This document shows positions 38,944 to 50,112 of a stretch of DNA of 64,000 bases, piece by piece (within the stretch, counting starts at the first letter, position 1; each line of letters begins with the position of its first letter). The notes beneath the pieces are model-generated. The model searched no databases. It was not told the DNA's origin and saw only the letters and a program-made list of their open reading frames with translations. This stretch comes from an uncultured Gammaproteobacteria bacterium (GTDB lineage Bacteria; Patescibacteriota; Patescibacteriia; CAYZDG01): positions 2,178 to 66,177 of the forward strand of contig CAZHXI010000005.1 in assembly GCA_964536515.1 (NCBI GenBank), given 5' to 3'. The position numbers were made by a program, and so were the translations under genes.

Positions 38944-40470
38944 CTAGATTCGGCGGCGGCCGCGGGTCGGAGCGTCTGCGGGCTGCCGGCGCAGTCGCCT
39001 CAGGCGCAGGTACCTGCGTAGGTTCCACACCGCGAAGTAGGCAGCTGCGAGCAGCAGCGCCACCAGGTACGGCAGCGGCGAGCGGAGCCAGGCCGCCAAC
39101 CCTACCCTGCCTACCTGCAGCTGCGCCGCATCCGAAGCCGGCCCGCTAATGGCCACCGTTACCTTAGCCCACACCTGGTAGGATCCGGCGCGGCGGATCC
39201 GCTTGCTGCGGTAGCTGAACTTCCCCTCGCCATCGGCGAGCACATCGGTGCTCACCAGTTCGCCGCTGGGAGCACGCAGGGCTACCGTTACCGTGCTGTT
39301 CGGGTAGACCGTGGTGCCGGCTACCACGATACGGCCACGCACGACCTGCGTGGAAATCTTCGGTGCCACCGTGGGCAGCACCAGCAGCGTCTCCTCGCGG
39401 TCGGATCGATTGCCCGCGTTATCGAACGCCGTAACCGTAACCACGTGCTGGCCCGGCGTAAGCCCGGCGACGGCCACCGGCTGCTTAGCCAGCTCCGCCG
39501 GAACGTGCTGGGGCGCCTGCCCGTCTACCTGCACCTCGTAGTACTGCACGCCGGACGTAGCATCATCGGCGCTGAGCTGCAGCCCCGGGTAGCCCTCGGC
39601 TGTGGTGCCCACGGAGACCGAGACGTTCTCCGGCGCGGTGGCGTCGATGCGGATTGGGAACGTTACAACCCCGGTCCACCCCCGGCTCGTCTGGGCGCGC
39701 ACGTGGAAGTACCAAATGCCGTCCGCCACGTCGTCGTAGCTACGCTCGGAAACCTCCGCCGATAGGCTTCGCGTCGTGCCGCCGCTGGGCGACTCATCTA
39801 GGGCGACCTGCAGCGCCCTAGACCCCGCCGGGGCTGTCCAGCCCACCACCACATCCCGCGCGGTGTACCAGGTACCCTGGTTCGGGTGGGTGGGCGACCA
39901 TACGGTTAGGCCGCCGGCGGAAACCGTCGGCTCCTCCTCCGGCGGCTCGGCTCGCTCGGGCTGCTCCTCGGCGGCGGTAACGGTAACCGTTACCCCGCCC
40001 GCGCCGGTGAGGATATCGGTGCCGAGCCCGTCGTTCTCGCGCACCGCTGCGCCGGAAATTCCAATCGTCGCCGTGCCTGCACGTCGGGCGCGGAAGGTAA
40101 CACTGGCCAGCTCGCCGCTTCCGGTGAAGCCGGGGGTTGGAATGCCGCCATTCAAGCTAACCGTGCCGGAGCCAGATGAAATTGATGGCTCTATAATCCA
40201 GAGCCTGAAGATAGAGCCGCCGCGGCTGGCCGAAACAGCCTCCAGTATATCGCGCGGGTAGGTAATGGTAGCCTCTGCGTTATTGATCGCCTTGCCCTGC
40301 GTATTCACCGATAGCCGAACCGTGAAGGTCGCGCCCTCGGCCACGGTAACGGCAGACGAACGGAGCGAGAGCGTAGCGGCCTCAGCCCGACGGGCGCCCA
40401 CTGCGGGCAGCAGCAGCGCTGCCGCGACAGCAATCGCAACGGTGCGGCGGACAACGGGCAGCTGCGCCAT
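38944..40470 (-). CDS. cohesin-domain plus Ig-like membrane-anchored surface protein (paralog of 22799..24283)
   Basis: INNAEATITYP, SIFRLW, VRENDGLGTDIL, SPTHP.Q..WY, DGIWYFHV, C-terminal TM. Confidence 0.75.
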   Translation of the reverse strand: MAQLPVVRRTVAIAVAAALLLPAVGARRAEAATLSLRSSAVTVAEGATFTVRLSVNTQGKAINNAEATITYPRDILEAVSASRGGSIFRLWIIEPSISSGSGTVSLNGGIPTPGFTGSGELASVTFRARRAGTATIGISGAAVRENDGLGTDILTGAGGVTVTVTAAEEQPERAEPPEEEPTVSAGGLTVWSPTHPNQGTWYTARDVVVGWTAPAGSRALQVALDESPSGGTTRSLSAEVSERSYDDVADGIWYFHVRAQTSRGWTGVVTFPIRIDATAPENVSVSVGTTAEGYPGLQLSADDATSGVQYYEVQVDGQAPQHVPAELAKQPVAVAGLTPGQHVVTVTAFDNAGNRSDREETLLVLPTVAPKISTQVVRGRIVVAGTTVYPNSTVTVALRAPSGELVSTDVLADGEGKFSYRSKRIRRAGSYQVWAKVTVAISGPASDAAQLQVGRVGLAAWLRSPLPYLVALLLAAAYFAVWNLRRYLRLRRLRRQPADAPTRGRRRI

Positions 40471-40473
40471 TCT

Positions 40474-41400
40474 CTAGAGCCGCTTCCGGCGACGGAGCGC
40501 CGCCAACGCAACGAGCAGCGCCGCTAGGGCCACGGCTGCAGCCGCAGCGACCGCCGCTACCAGCCACCTGCTGCCGCCCCCGGCGATCGGGAGCACGTAG
40601 CTGCTGGCGTTGCCCGCTCGATCGTAAGCCGTAATGGTCACGGGCGCCGTACGGGCCTGGTCACGCAGCACGTACTCGCTGCCGGTACGTACCGCGGGAT
40701 TCGTACCCTCGGCTACCTCCAGGTGGTCCAACCCAGAGCCGCTATCCTCCACCTCGATCGCCAGGAAGAGCATGCCTCCGTGCACGCTGGGGTCGCTGCC
40801 GACGTTCACCGCCAAGAACCTGGGTGGCTCGTTGTCGGACGCGACCAGGTCACGCAGCGCATCCCTGGGCGCCCCGGTAGGCTCGCCCACCCGCAGCGTC
40901 AGCGGCTGGCCAGAGGCGGGCGTAGCGGCGCCGGTGCCATCGTTGGCGTAGGCGGTAACCTTCGCCGGGGTAAACGTAATGGTGCCGGGCTCCGCCACGG
41001 CGATGGCAATACGGAACAGCAGCGCGTCGTCTGCGCTAACCCCGCCGGGCATACCGCCGGTGAACGAAATGGTGCCGCTGCGCTCGTCCCACGATGGCTT
41101 CCTTGGCCACAGCGACAGGTCGGACCCCGCGACGCTGAGGTCGCGTAGCTCGAAGGTACCCGGAGCAGCCTCCAGCTTAACGGCGCCCTCGACCACGTTG
41201 TACGATCCGCCCTCGGTGCCCAGCCGAACATCCAGGATGGTGGTGTCGCCGGCAGAGACCGAAGCCGTTCCAGCCCGCAGGTAGACCGTGGCTGCCGAAG
41301 CCGAGCCCGCCCAAGCCAACGCCACCGCGGCGAAGGCGACTGCGGGCAATGCGCTCCACATGATACCAATCGAATGCCTACGAATGTGTTCCATGTACAT
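40474..41400 (-). CDS. cohesin-domain membrane-anchored protein (paralog of 24249..25178)
   Basis: YNVVEG, LSLWPRKP, FTGGMPGG, DNEPP, SGLDH, LRDQ, AYDRAGN, C-terminal TM. Confidence 0.75.
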   Translation of the reverse strand: MYMEHIRRHSIGIMWSALPAVAFAAVALAWAGSASAATVYLRAGTASVSAGDTTILDVRLGTEGGSYNVVEGAVKLEAAPGTFELRDLSVAGSDLSLWPRKPSWDERSGTISFTGGMPGGVSADDALLFRIAIAVAEPGTITFTPAKVTAYANDGTGAATPASGQPLTLRVGEPTGAPRDALRDLVASDNEPPRFLAVNVGSDPSVHGGMLFLAIEVEDSGSGLDHLEVAEGTNPAVRTGSEYVLRDQARTAPVTITAYDRAGNASSYVLPIAGGGSRWLVAAVAAAAAVALAALLVALAALRRRKRL

Positions 41401-41408
41401 TCAGCTTA

Positions 41409-43802
<2,394 letters not shown>

Positions 43803-43839
43803 AGCTGGTTCCGTCGCCGCACGGTGGCCGGCCGACGAA

Positions 43840-44025
43840 TTAGACCTGCCGCTTACGGTTCGCCGACGTATCCGACGCCGTCTGGCTGTCGTCCCTGAAG
43901 GCCCCGGTCAGGTGGCGCACCGCCTCGACGATGCTCTTGGCCAGCTCGGGGATCTTCTTGGCGCCGAACAGCAGCACCAGGACGACGGCGATAATGATTA
44001 GCTCCTTCGTGCCGAGTCCGAACAT
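43840..44025 (-). CDS. tatA: twin-arginine translocase TatA/E subunit
   Basis: MFGLGTKELIIIAVVLVLLFGAKKIPELAKSI. Confidence 0.92.
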   Translation of the reverse strand: MFGLGTKELIIIAVVLVLLFGAKKIPELAKSIVEAVRHLTGAFRDDSQTASDTSANRKRQV

Positions 44026-44066
44026 AGAGTTTTGAGTTTTAGTTTGCCGTTAGTCTCGTTGGGTAC

Positions 44067-44210
44067 CTACCGCTGCGGCTTAGATCCGCCGCGGAGGTTA
44101 CGTACCGCCTCGGCTACGCCACGCGCGAGCTCGGGCAGCTTCTTGGCGCCGAACAGCAGCACCAGAATGATGGCAATGAGAATTATTTCCCTCGTGCTGA
44201 GTCCGAACAT
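44067..44210 (-). CDS. tatA: second TatA/E subunit (47 aa, not in the ORF track)
   Basis: manual translation MFGLSTREIILIAIILVLLFGAKKLPELARGVAEAVRNLRGGSKPQR*. Confidence 0.9.
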   Translation of the reverse strand: MFGLSTREIILIAIILVLLFGAKKLPELARGVAEAVRNLRGGSKPQR

Positions 44211-44215
44211 AGCAG

Positions 44216-44947
44216 TTACGTAGTTAGGTGCTTAGGTTGCCGACGTCTCCCGCTCACCAGAATTGTCAGTTCGTACATGAGCACCAGGGGAGCCGACATC
44301 ACCAGCAATGATACGCCATCGGTTGGGGGCAGTAAAGCCACAAAAACGAGGATGAGGACAGCTGCGTGGCGCCGGTGGGCACGCAGGTAGCCAACGTCCA
44401 GCAGCCCCATACGGATGAGTATATTCAGCAGCAGCGGCAGCTCGAACACAAGGCCCAGCAGGGCTGCGGTGGTAACGATCTGCGACACGAACTGCCCAAT
44501 ATCCCAGTAGTTCCTCACACCCAGGCTAAGGTTAATATTGGCGATTGCCCCCATGGCGAAGTACATGACGGCGAAACCGTAGACGAAGCCGACCACGAAC
44601 AGCAGCAGGGCAGCCGGAACGTGCAGCAGCAGCACCCGCCGCTCGGGCCGGGTAAGGCCGGTACGGAGGAAGGCGAATACCTGGTAGAACAGCAGGGGCA
44701 GGGTGCCAATCAACGCCGCGAACATGCCCACGCTCACCGCCAGGTCTATGAGCTGGAAGGGCGAGGTGGCGACTACCTGGACGCCGTCGATGGTGAAGGT
44801 ACCCCCGATGGCACGGAGCAGCGGCACCGTGCCGAACGCCCCGAGCAGGAATAGCGAGGCGAAGGCCACCGCTACCTTGAAGACACGACGACGAATCTCC
44901 TCCAGGTAGGGGTAGTACGGGGCAAGCCTCTCGCTGAGTTCACCCAT
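44216..44947 (-). CDS. tatC: twin-arginine translocase TatC
   Basis: YLEEIRRR, YQVFAFLRTGLTRPERR, GLVFELP, RR, LPPTD..S....P..LMYE; six TMs. Confidence 0.92.
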   Translation of the reverse strand: MGELSERLAPYYPYLEEIRRRVFKVAVAFASLFLLGAFGTVPLLRAIGGTFTIDGVQVVATSPFQLIDLAVSVGMFAALIGTLPLLFYQVFAFLRTGLTRPERRVLLLHVPAALLLFVVGFVYGFAVMYFAMGAIANINLSLGVRNYWDIGQFVSQIVTTAALLGLVFELPLLLNILIRMGLLDVGYLRAHRRHAAVLILVFVALLPPTDGVSLLVMSAPLVLMYELTILVSGRRRQPKHLTT

Positions 44948-44962
44948 AGGCTAGCGGCTAGC

Positions 44963-45499
44963 CTACGCTCCGGCGCCGGTTTGGGTTGCGGAGGGCTGCT
45001 CGGGCAGCGCGGGCAGCTCGACGGTCGAAGCCTGGTCGCTGGGGCTGAGGGGCCCCTCCCACGTCTCGGCCGGGGTAACCTTCAGCGTAGAATCCTCCAG
45101 CGGCTCCTCTACGAACTTGGGCGAAACGGGTGGTTCCACCGCCGCCGGCTCCACTGGCTGGACGTCTACCGGCAGGGGCTCGGCTAGAGGCTGATCAGCT
45201 ACGGTCAGTGCCTCGGCGGCAGCCGCTGCTTCAGCCTGCTTCGCCGCCCGCTCTTTTGCTAGCGCCACCGTCTCGATGCCCGTGCTCACAATTTCGCTCA
45301 CCGGCACGTTCGCAGCCGTGGCAGCCTCGCCCAATGCCTGAGCCAGCTTGAGCTTGACCAGGGTGTCGGCCACCTGGTCTGCCTCGGCACGCAGGCTAGA
45401 GATACGCTCCAGGTCGCCGGTGCCGAAAGCCTGGTCCACCGCCGCAGCCAGCGCAGCCTGGCGGTTGGTGAGCAGCTGGATGAGGTAGGGAATGTCCAT
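44963..45499 (-). CDS. hypothetical protein (helical N-terminal hairpin, acidic Pro-rich tail)
   Basis: 178-aa ORF tightly coupled to neighbours; no signal peptide. Confidence 0.7.
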   Translation of the reverse strand: MDIPYLIQLLTNRQAALAAAVDQAFGTGDLERISSLRAEADQVADTLVKLKLAQALGEAATAANVPVSEIVSTGIETVALAKERAAKQAEAAAAAEALTVADQPLAEPLPVDVQPVEPAAVEPPVSPKFVEEPLEDSTLKVTPAETWEGPLSPSDQASTVELPALPEQPSATQTGAGA

Positions 45500-45508
45500 A
45501 GCGGTAGC

Positions 45509-48343
45509 CTACGTCCAGAACACCAGGGTCCGCCACATCTCGGTCGCCGTGTGGCGCATGACGTACAGGTACTTGAGCCCGTCCGTGGTGGTGATAATCT
45601 CCATGCGGTTGCCGATAATGGCGGTGCTCATGCCGTAGGGAACGGTGCCGCAGGGGCGGATGCGGCCAACGTCCAGGCGCAGCTGGTAGATACGGCCCGT
45701 AGCATCTTTGGTGAAGAGGAGCGAGTCTGCGCCGTCGTAGGTGTACATCGAACCCGTGGTCAGCGTCTCGGTCTGCGGCGTCGTTACCCAGGCTAGCTTC
45801 CACGTCTCGGTGGGAATGTCGTAGACGTCGAACACGTTGCTGGCGCCGCCGCGGGCTCGCCAAATTTCCCTGCCCTTCTTGGCCGTGGCCGTGGGGCTAT
45901 GCAGCCAAACGAACTCGATGCCAGCTCCGTGCGTAGGCACGTCCAGAATGGTGTAGTTGGTATCGGTCGAGGGGCTGGTGCCAAGAGCGAAGGTTATGAC
46001 CGTAGCCGTATTGGAGGCGATTACATACTCCAGGTTCTGGCCGGTACCAGACATCATACGTAGTCGCTTGCCCGCCCACATGTTGGTGGCCCAGTTCTTG
46101 GTGGTGTCGGTGAGGGTGGTGGTGGAGCCAGCGGTAGAGAGCCCCCAGGTATCCATGATGCGGTACTTGGTGGTAGCGTCGGGGGTAAAGGACTGGGTGG
46201 CGTACGTTAGGGTGGTAGCGGTATTCGACGTAATGGCGAACTCGCTGCCGGCGCCGGTGCCGGCCTCAATCTGGATGCGGTAGCTAGCCCACTGGTTCAC
46301 GTTCCAGTTCTTGCCCGAATCGACCAGGGTGGTGGTGCTGCCGCCGGTCGCCCAGCCGGTATTGGTCTTGGCTGGAACCTTGTACTGCACGGCCCGGCCG
46401 AACGCGGGCGTGTCGTGGATGAGGAAACGGGTTGTGTTCGTCGGAGCCGTAATGGCCAGGTTAACCGTTACAGAGTTGGCGGTGTTGGAGCTAATGCGCC
46501 GGACCTGAATGGTGCCGCCCGTACCGGCCGTCTGCGTCTGGATGAGCATCCCCACCAAGCTATTCACCGCCCAGCTCTTGGAGGCATCTACGATTACCGT
46601 AACAGAGGACGTCGCCACCGCAACGGCCGTCGCAGCAGCCGTGGTGGTAACGTCGAACTGGGTCAGCGCATCGACGCCCGTAATGGTGTAGGTGGTATTG
46701 TAGGTGGCGTCGGTAGCGCCGGACAGCGTTACCGTATCGCCGATCTTGTAGAAGTGGTTGGCCGTGGTTACCACCCTCGCCGAGACGCCGACCGAGGTAA
46801 CCGAGATGGTGCAACCCGAGCCCGTGCCGCCGCTGGTGGCAAAGGTGGCAACGGAGTAACCCGAGCTACCGGGCGATAGCAGCGAGACCGTCTCGACTAA
46901 GCCGCCAGCCGAAATCGCCTCCACTATCACCTTGCCACCGACGCCCGTAGCAAGGGTAAGGATATCGCCCACTACGTAGTTGGTACCCTTAGCTACGGGG
47001 GTGGTATTAATGCCCGTAATCGTATTCGTATTGCGGGTGAAGCCGGTGGAGGGGATACACTCAGATCCTGCGAGCTTCGTGCAGAGGCCGTTGGCTGCAT
47101 TGGTACCGAAGTCGAGCAGCGAACCCTGCGTCCAATTGTCGCAGTCGGTTACGTACTGCCACACCGCCGAGACGCCGTTGCCGGAAAGGTAGGCTGTATT
47201 GGTATCGCCGTAGATGCGGTAGACCGAGGTGTTGTCCAGCGTTACCCCGTGCGAGTGGTCTAGGTACAGCACCGTGCCGGTGTTGCCCACGATACGGAAG
47301 CGGTTGCCCATGCCCGTGCCGGACATGATGCGCAGCTGGTAGTTACGCCACCGATCCGCCGTCCACGTCTTGGTGCCATCGGTGAGGGTGGTAGCCGTGC
47401 CAGCCGATGCCGTTCCATTCTCGAAGTAGCCGGCGTACTCCCCCACCTTCTCGAAGGTGAGGTCGGTTGCCGGGGCGGCGGTCCAAATGCCCACCGGGAA
47501 GGTGCGGGTGGACCAGGTGTCAGCAGCTACGTCGTAGTACTGCAACGTGCCGAACGGCGAGCTGCCGAAGCCACCCATGAGGTAGATGCCGCCGCTGGTG
47601 GTGGCGAACCGCGAGGTGTAGTCGGGGGTTACGTCCCACGTCGCCACCGTTACCGTGCTCGCCTCGATGTAGAAGTTGGTGGGGGTAGCTGCGGTGTTCA
47701 CCGGCACGGCGTACGGCGCAATAGCCGAGAAGCCGGTGTTGTTCCAGGGGTCTATCTGCTGGTAGTTGGCGTCGGAGAAGTACAGCGTGGTGGTATCGTT
47801 GTACAGCACGCGGCGGAACTGCGACGAGCCGGTACCGTAGACCAACCGGCACATGTAGCCGGACCACTGGTTGTACTTCCACTTCTTGGTTCCGTCGCCC
47901 ACGGTGGTGGCGCTGGCGACCGAGCAGAACCCGTGGTCGTAGATTACCGGCTCATCCACGGCCGTAATGGTGCGATCCTGCCCCATGCCTGTGCCGGACA
48001 TAATGCGAACTGTCTCGTTGAGCATCGTGTTACCAGCGGCAATGCCGATGGTTGCCGTTGTAGCCGTAGCGCTAATTACCCGCCCGCGTGAACCGGAGAA
48101 AGGTACGTACTTCAGCGAGACGCGAACTGTAGGGGTGATGTTGGGTGAGGCCAATGTCTGCCACGAGTCCGTAACCGTGTCGTACCGGTAGAACGATGCG
48201 CTGACGAGATAGTAGATGAAGCGGGTGTCGGTGCCCTCGCCGATACAGGTGCCAGAGACCGCCGAGGTCGCCGTGGGCGCGAACCGCAGCCACTCCCACA
48301 CCGGCAGGTCTACCTGTGTCTTAATGTTATTTGTCAGCGCCAT
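45509..48343 (-). CDS. Thr/Gly-rich kelch-like beta-propeller with inserted repeats, no signal peptide
   Basis: blade motifs YRYDTVTDSW, YYDVAADTW, DVYDIPTETW; five TT.L.D..K.W..N.W repeats. Confidence 0.8.
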   Translation of the reverse strand: MALTNNIKTQVDLPVWEWLRFAPTATSAVSGTCIGEGTDTRFIYYLVSASFYRYDTVTDSWQTLASPNITPTVRVSLKYVPFSGSRGRVISATATTATIGIAAGNTMLNETVRIMSGTGMGQDRTITAVDEPVIYDHGFCSVASATTVGDGTKKWKYNQWSGYMCRLVYGTGSSQFRRVLYNDTTTLYFSDANYQQIDPWNNTGFSAIAPYAVPVNTAATPTNFYIEASTVTVATWDVTPDYTSRFATTSGGIYLMGGFGSSPFGTLQYYDVAADTWSTRTFPVGIWTAAPATDLTFEKVGEYAGYFENGTASAGTATTLTDGTKTWTADRWRNYQLRIMSGTGMGNRFRIVGNTGTVLYLDHSHGVTLDNTSVYRIYGDTNTAYLSGNGVSAVWQYVTDCDNWTQGSLLDFGTNAANGLCTKLAGSECIPSTGFTRNTNTITGINTTPVAKGTNYVVGDILTLATGVGGKVIVEAISAGGLVETVSLLSPGSSGYSVATFATSGGTGSGCTISVTSVGVSARVVTTANHFYKIGDTVTLSGATDATYNTTYTITGVDALTQFDVTTTAAATAVAVATSSVTVIVDASKSWAVNSLVGMLIQTQTAGTGGTIQVRRISSNTANSVTVNLAITAPTNTTRFLIHDTPAFGRAVQYKVPAKTNTGWATGGSTTTLVDSGKNWNVNQWASYRIQIEAGTGAGSEFAITSNTATTLTYATQSFTPDATTKYRIMDTWGLSTAGSTTTLTDTTKNWATNMWAGKRLRMMSGTGQNLEYVIASNTATVITFALGTSPSTDTNYTILDVPTHGAGIEFVWLHSPTATAKKGREIWRARGGASNVFDVYDIPTETWKLAWVTTPQTETLTTGSMYTYDGADSLLFTKDATGRIYQLRLDVGRIRPCGTVPYGMSTAIIGNRMEIITTTDGLKYLYVMRHTATEMWRTLVFWT

Positions 48344-48353
48344 AGGTCGGACC

Positions 48354-48977
48354 CTAAGACCACACTAGTCCCGTTCGAATGCCATTAGCGTAGGCATTAC
48401 GAGCGGTATCAATTAGGAAGTATTTCGCATCCACGCCAGCCAGCTGGTTGAGCGTAGTGGTGGTGGCAACCGTGGTAACGGTGGTAACCGTAGTAATGGT
48501 CCCGCTGCTGATGACGGCGCTCTCCACTGCTACGCGCTGCCGCTGGGCCGAATCTACGACCGTCAGAGACTCGACCTGCTTCACCAGGCGCCGAAGCAGT
48601 ATCGAGCTCTCTTCCGTCGCCGGGTTTATAGCCGTCGCCGTGGTGTCCTTTAGGCCCACGGGGTCGGTGCCGCCGCCGCCTGTAGTGGCGGTCAGCAGCT
48701 TGCCGTTTACGTCGAACTGGAACTTATCCGAGTTCGTCTTTATCAGGGCTAGGGTATCCTCGGTGGCTGGGTTAACCCGAGCGTTCGCAGCGTTCTTAAC
48801 CCCTACCACATTGGATGCCGGGGTGCTGCCGAACACCAGGGCGTCCGCGCGCTTGGGCAGCAGCATTGTGCCTAGGAAGCCCAGGCCGGTTACGCCCAGC
48901 ACCTTTAGGAACAGCCGCCGGTTGGCGTCCAGTGGAGCGCCCGAAGCCGCTCCGTTCACCGTCAAATTCTTTTTCAT
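48354..48977 (-). CDS. Tat-signal (twin-arginine) secreted protein
   Basis: NRRLFLK, Gly-rich h-region, KR Sec-avoidance, ADA cleavage site; internal VG.K......(V/I)NPATE repeat twice. Confidence 0.85.
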   Translation of the reverse strand: MKKNLTVNGAASGAPLDANRRLFLKVLGVTGLGFLGTMLLPKRADALVFGSTPASNVVGVKNAANARVNPATEDTLALIKTNSDKFQFDVNGKLLTATTGGGGTDPVGLKDTTATAINPATEESSILLRRLVKQVESLTVVDSAQRQRVAVESAVISSGTITTVTTVTTVATTTTLNQLAGVDAKYFLIDTARNAYANGIRTGLVWS

Positions 48978-49016
48978 GCTCCCCCGGTAGGTAGTCGCGC
49001 CGAATTCATTAGCAAT

Positions 49017-49036
49017 AAATATACCACATGTGGTTA
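49017..49036 (-). promoter_or_regulatory. extended -10 promoter of the Tat cassette with overlapping palindrome
   Basis: TGgTATATT on the minus strand overlapping perfect palindrome ACCACATGTGGT (49023-49034). Confidence 0.5.
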
Positions 49037-49125
49037 AATTTACTGACTAGCAACCACACAGAACTGTTCGGCTTGTCTACGTCGCCACACGTGACCAAAG
49101 GCCCAGCGGCAGCTACCATCCACCC

Positions 49126-49560
49126 ATGGAAAAAACTCTCAACCTCAAGTCGCTCGCCCAGACCCAGGCATTCGTCCGCGAGCTAGCAGGCACGCTACGC
49201 GGCGGAGACGTGCTGGGCTTGGTCGGCCCGCTGGGTGCGGGCAAAACCACCATTACGCAGACGATTGCCGCGGCCCTGGGTGTACCCAAGCGGCCACGCA
49301 GCCCCAGCTACACCCTGCTGCAGCCGTACGAACTGCCCAAGGAGATCCGCGGCATACGCACCCTGGTGCACGTAGACGCCTACCGTGTGGCTGGACCAGA
49401 GCTAATGGACGCCGGCCTAGCCGAGTACCTAGCAGACCCCCACGCCCTGGTGGTGGTGGAGTGGGCAGACCGGGTGGCCAAGGAGCTACCCGCTTCCACC
49501 AGGTGGCTGCATATTCAACCGGGCGACAAGCCTACGGAACGCAAGGTAAACACTGAATAA
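49126..49560 (+). CDS. tsaE: tRNA threonylcarbamoyladenosine biosynthesis ATPase
   Basis: GPLGAGKTT, SPSY, HVDAYR, VVEWAD. Confidence 0.94.
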   Translation: MEKTLNLKSLAQTQAFVRELAGTLRGGDVLGLVGPLGAGKTTITQTIAAALGVPKRPRSPSYTLLQPYELPKEIRGIRTLVHVDAYRVAGPELMDAGLAEYLADPHALVVVEWADRVAKELPASTRWLHIQPGDKPTERKVNTE

Positions 49561-49566
49561 AAAATA

Positions 49567-49589
49567 GAGCCCCGGTAGTTCCGGGGCTC
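49567..49589. terminator. bidirectional terminator
   Basis: gagccccgg-tagtt-ccggggctc between convergent genes. Confidence 0.65.
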
Positions 49590-49599
49590 ACAAAATTTT

Positions 49600-49992
49600 C
49601 TAGGCCGCGGCACGGCTCGACGCGCGGCTCTCGGACAGGTACCGACGGGCTGAGCTCTGGGTTAACGCCGGACGTTCGGCTGCCCAACGGCGGATAGCAT
49701 CCATATCACGCACGATGTAGAAGCAGTTCGCCCCGCGTGCCGGCTCTCGAACCGCACGGAACGCCTCGCACTGCCACGCCTCTGCCCGTGCGTACCAGGC
49801 GGTCTCCAGTGCTCCGCTGGCAACGAGGCGGGAAACCGCTACCTGCGTCGCCCTCGAGTGGTCCCGCATCGGCCACGGAGGAATCCAGACGTGCTCGTCG
49901 CCATTCTTGCCGCCCGACTTCGCCTTACGCTGAATATCAGAGCAGATATCGAACAGTGAATCTCTGAACGGAATGTACTCTCCTCGTTCCAT
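49600..49992 (-). CDS. hypothetical protein
   Basis: AGGAGGT SD, TTGACA-17-TAGAGC promoter. Confidence 0.6.
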   Translation of the reverse strand: MERGEYIPFRDSLFDICSDIQRKAKSGGKNGDEHVWIPPWPMRDHSRATQVAVSRLVASGALETAWYARAEAWQCEAFRAVREPARGANCFYIVRDMDAIRRWAAERPALTQSSARRYLSESRASSRAAA

Positions 49993-50112
49993 GGCTCACC
50001 TCCTGTTGTGAACGTGCCCTGCTTTCCCTCGCTCTACGCCAAGAATTGAAAAATGTCAATGGTGCTGCGGCAGCGCTCGCACTCCATAAGCATTATCTGG
50101 TAGCTTTCTTCT

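Noticed and set aside
38944-41400. Tat signals in the cohesin proteins (VRRTV, IRRHS)
   Set aside because: They lack the RRxFL consensus and look like ordinary basic Sec n-regions
44963-48977. Intact prophage
   Set aside because: No capsid, terminase, portal, integrase or lysis genes; the genes are coupled to tat genes
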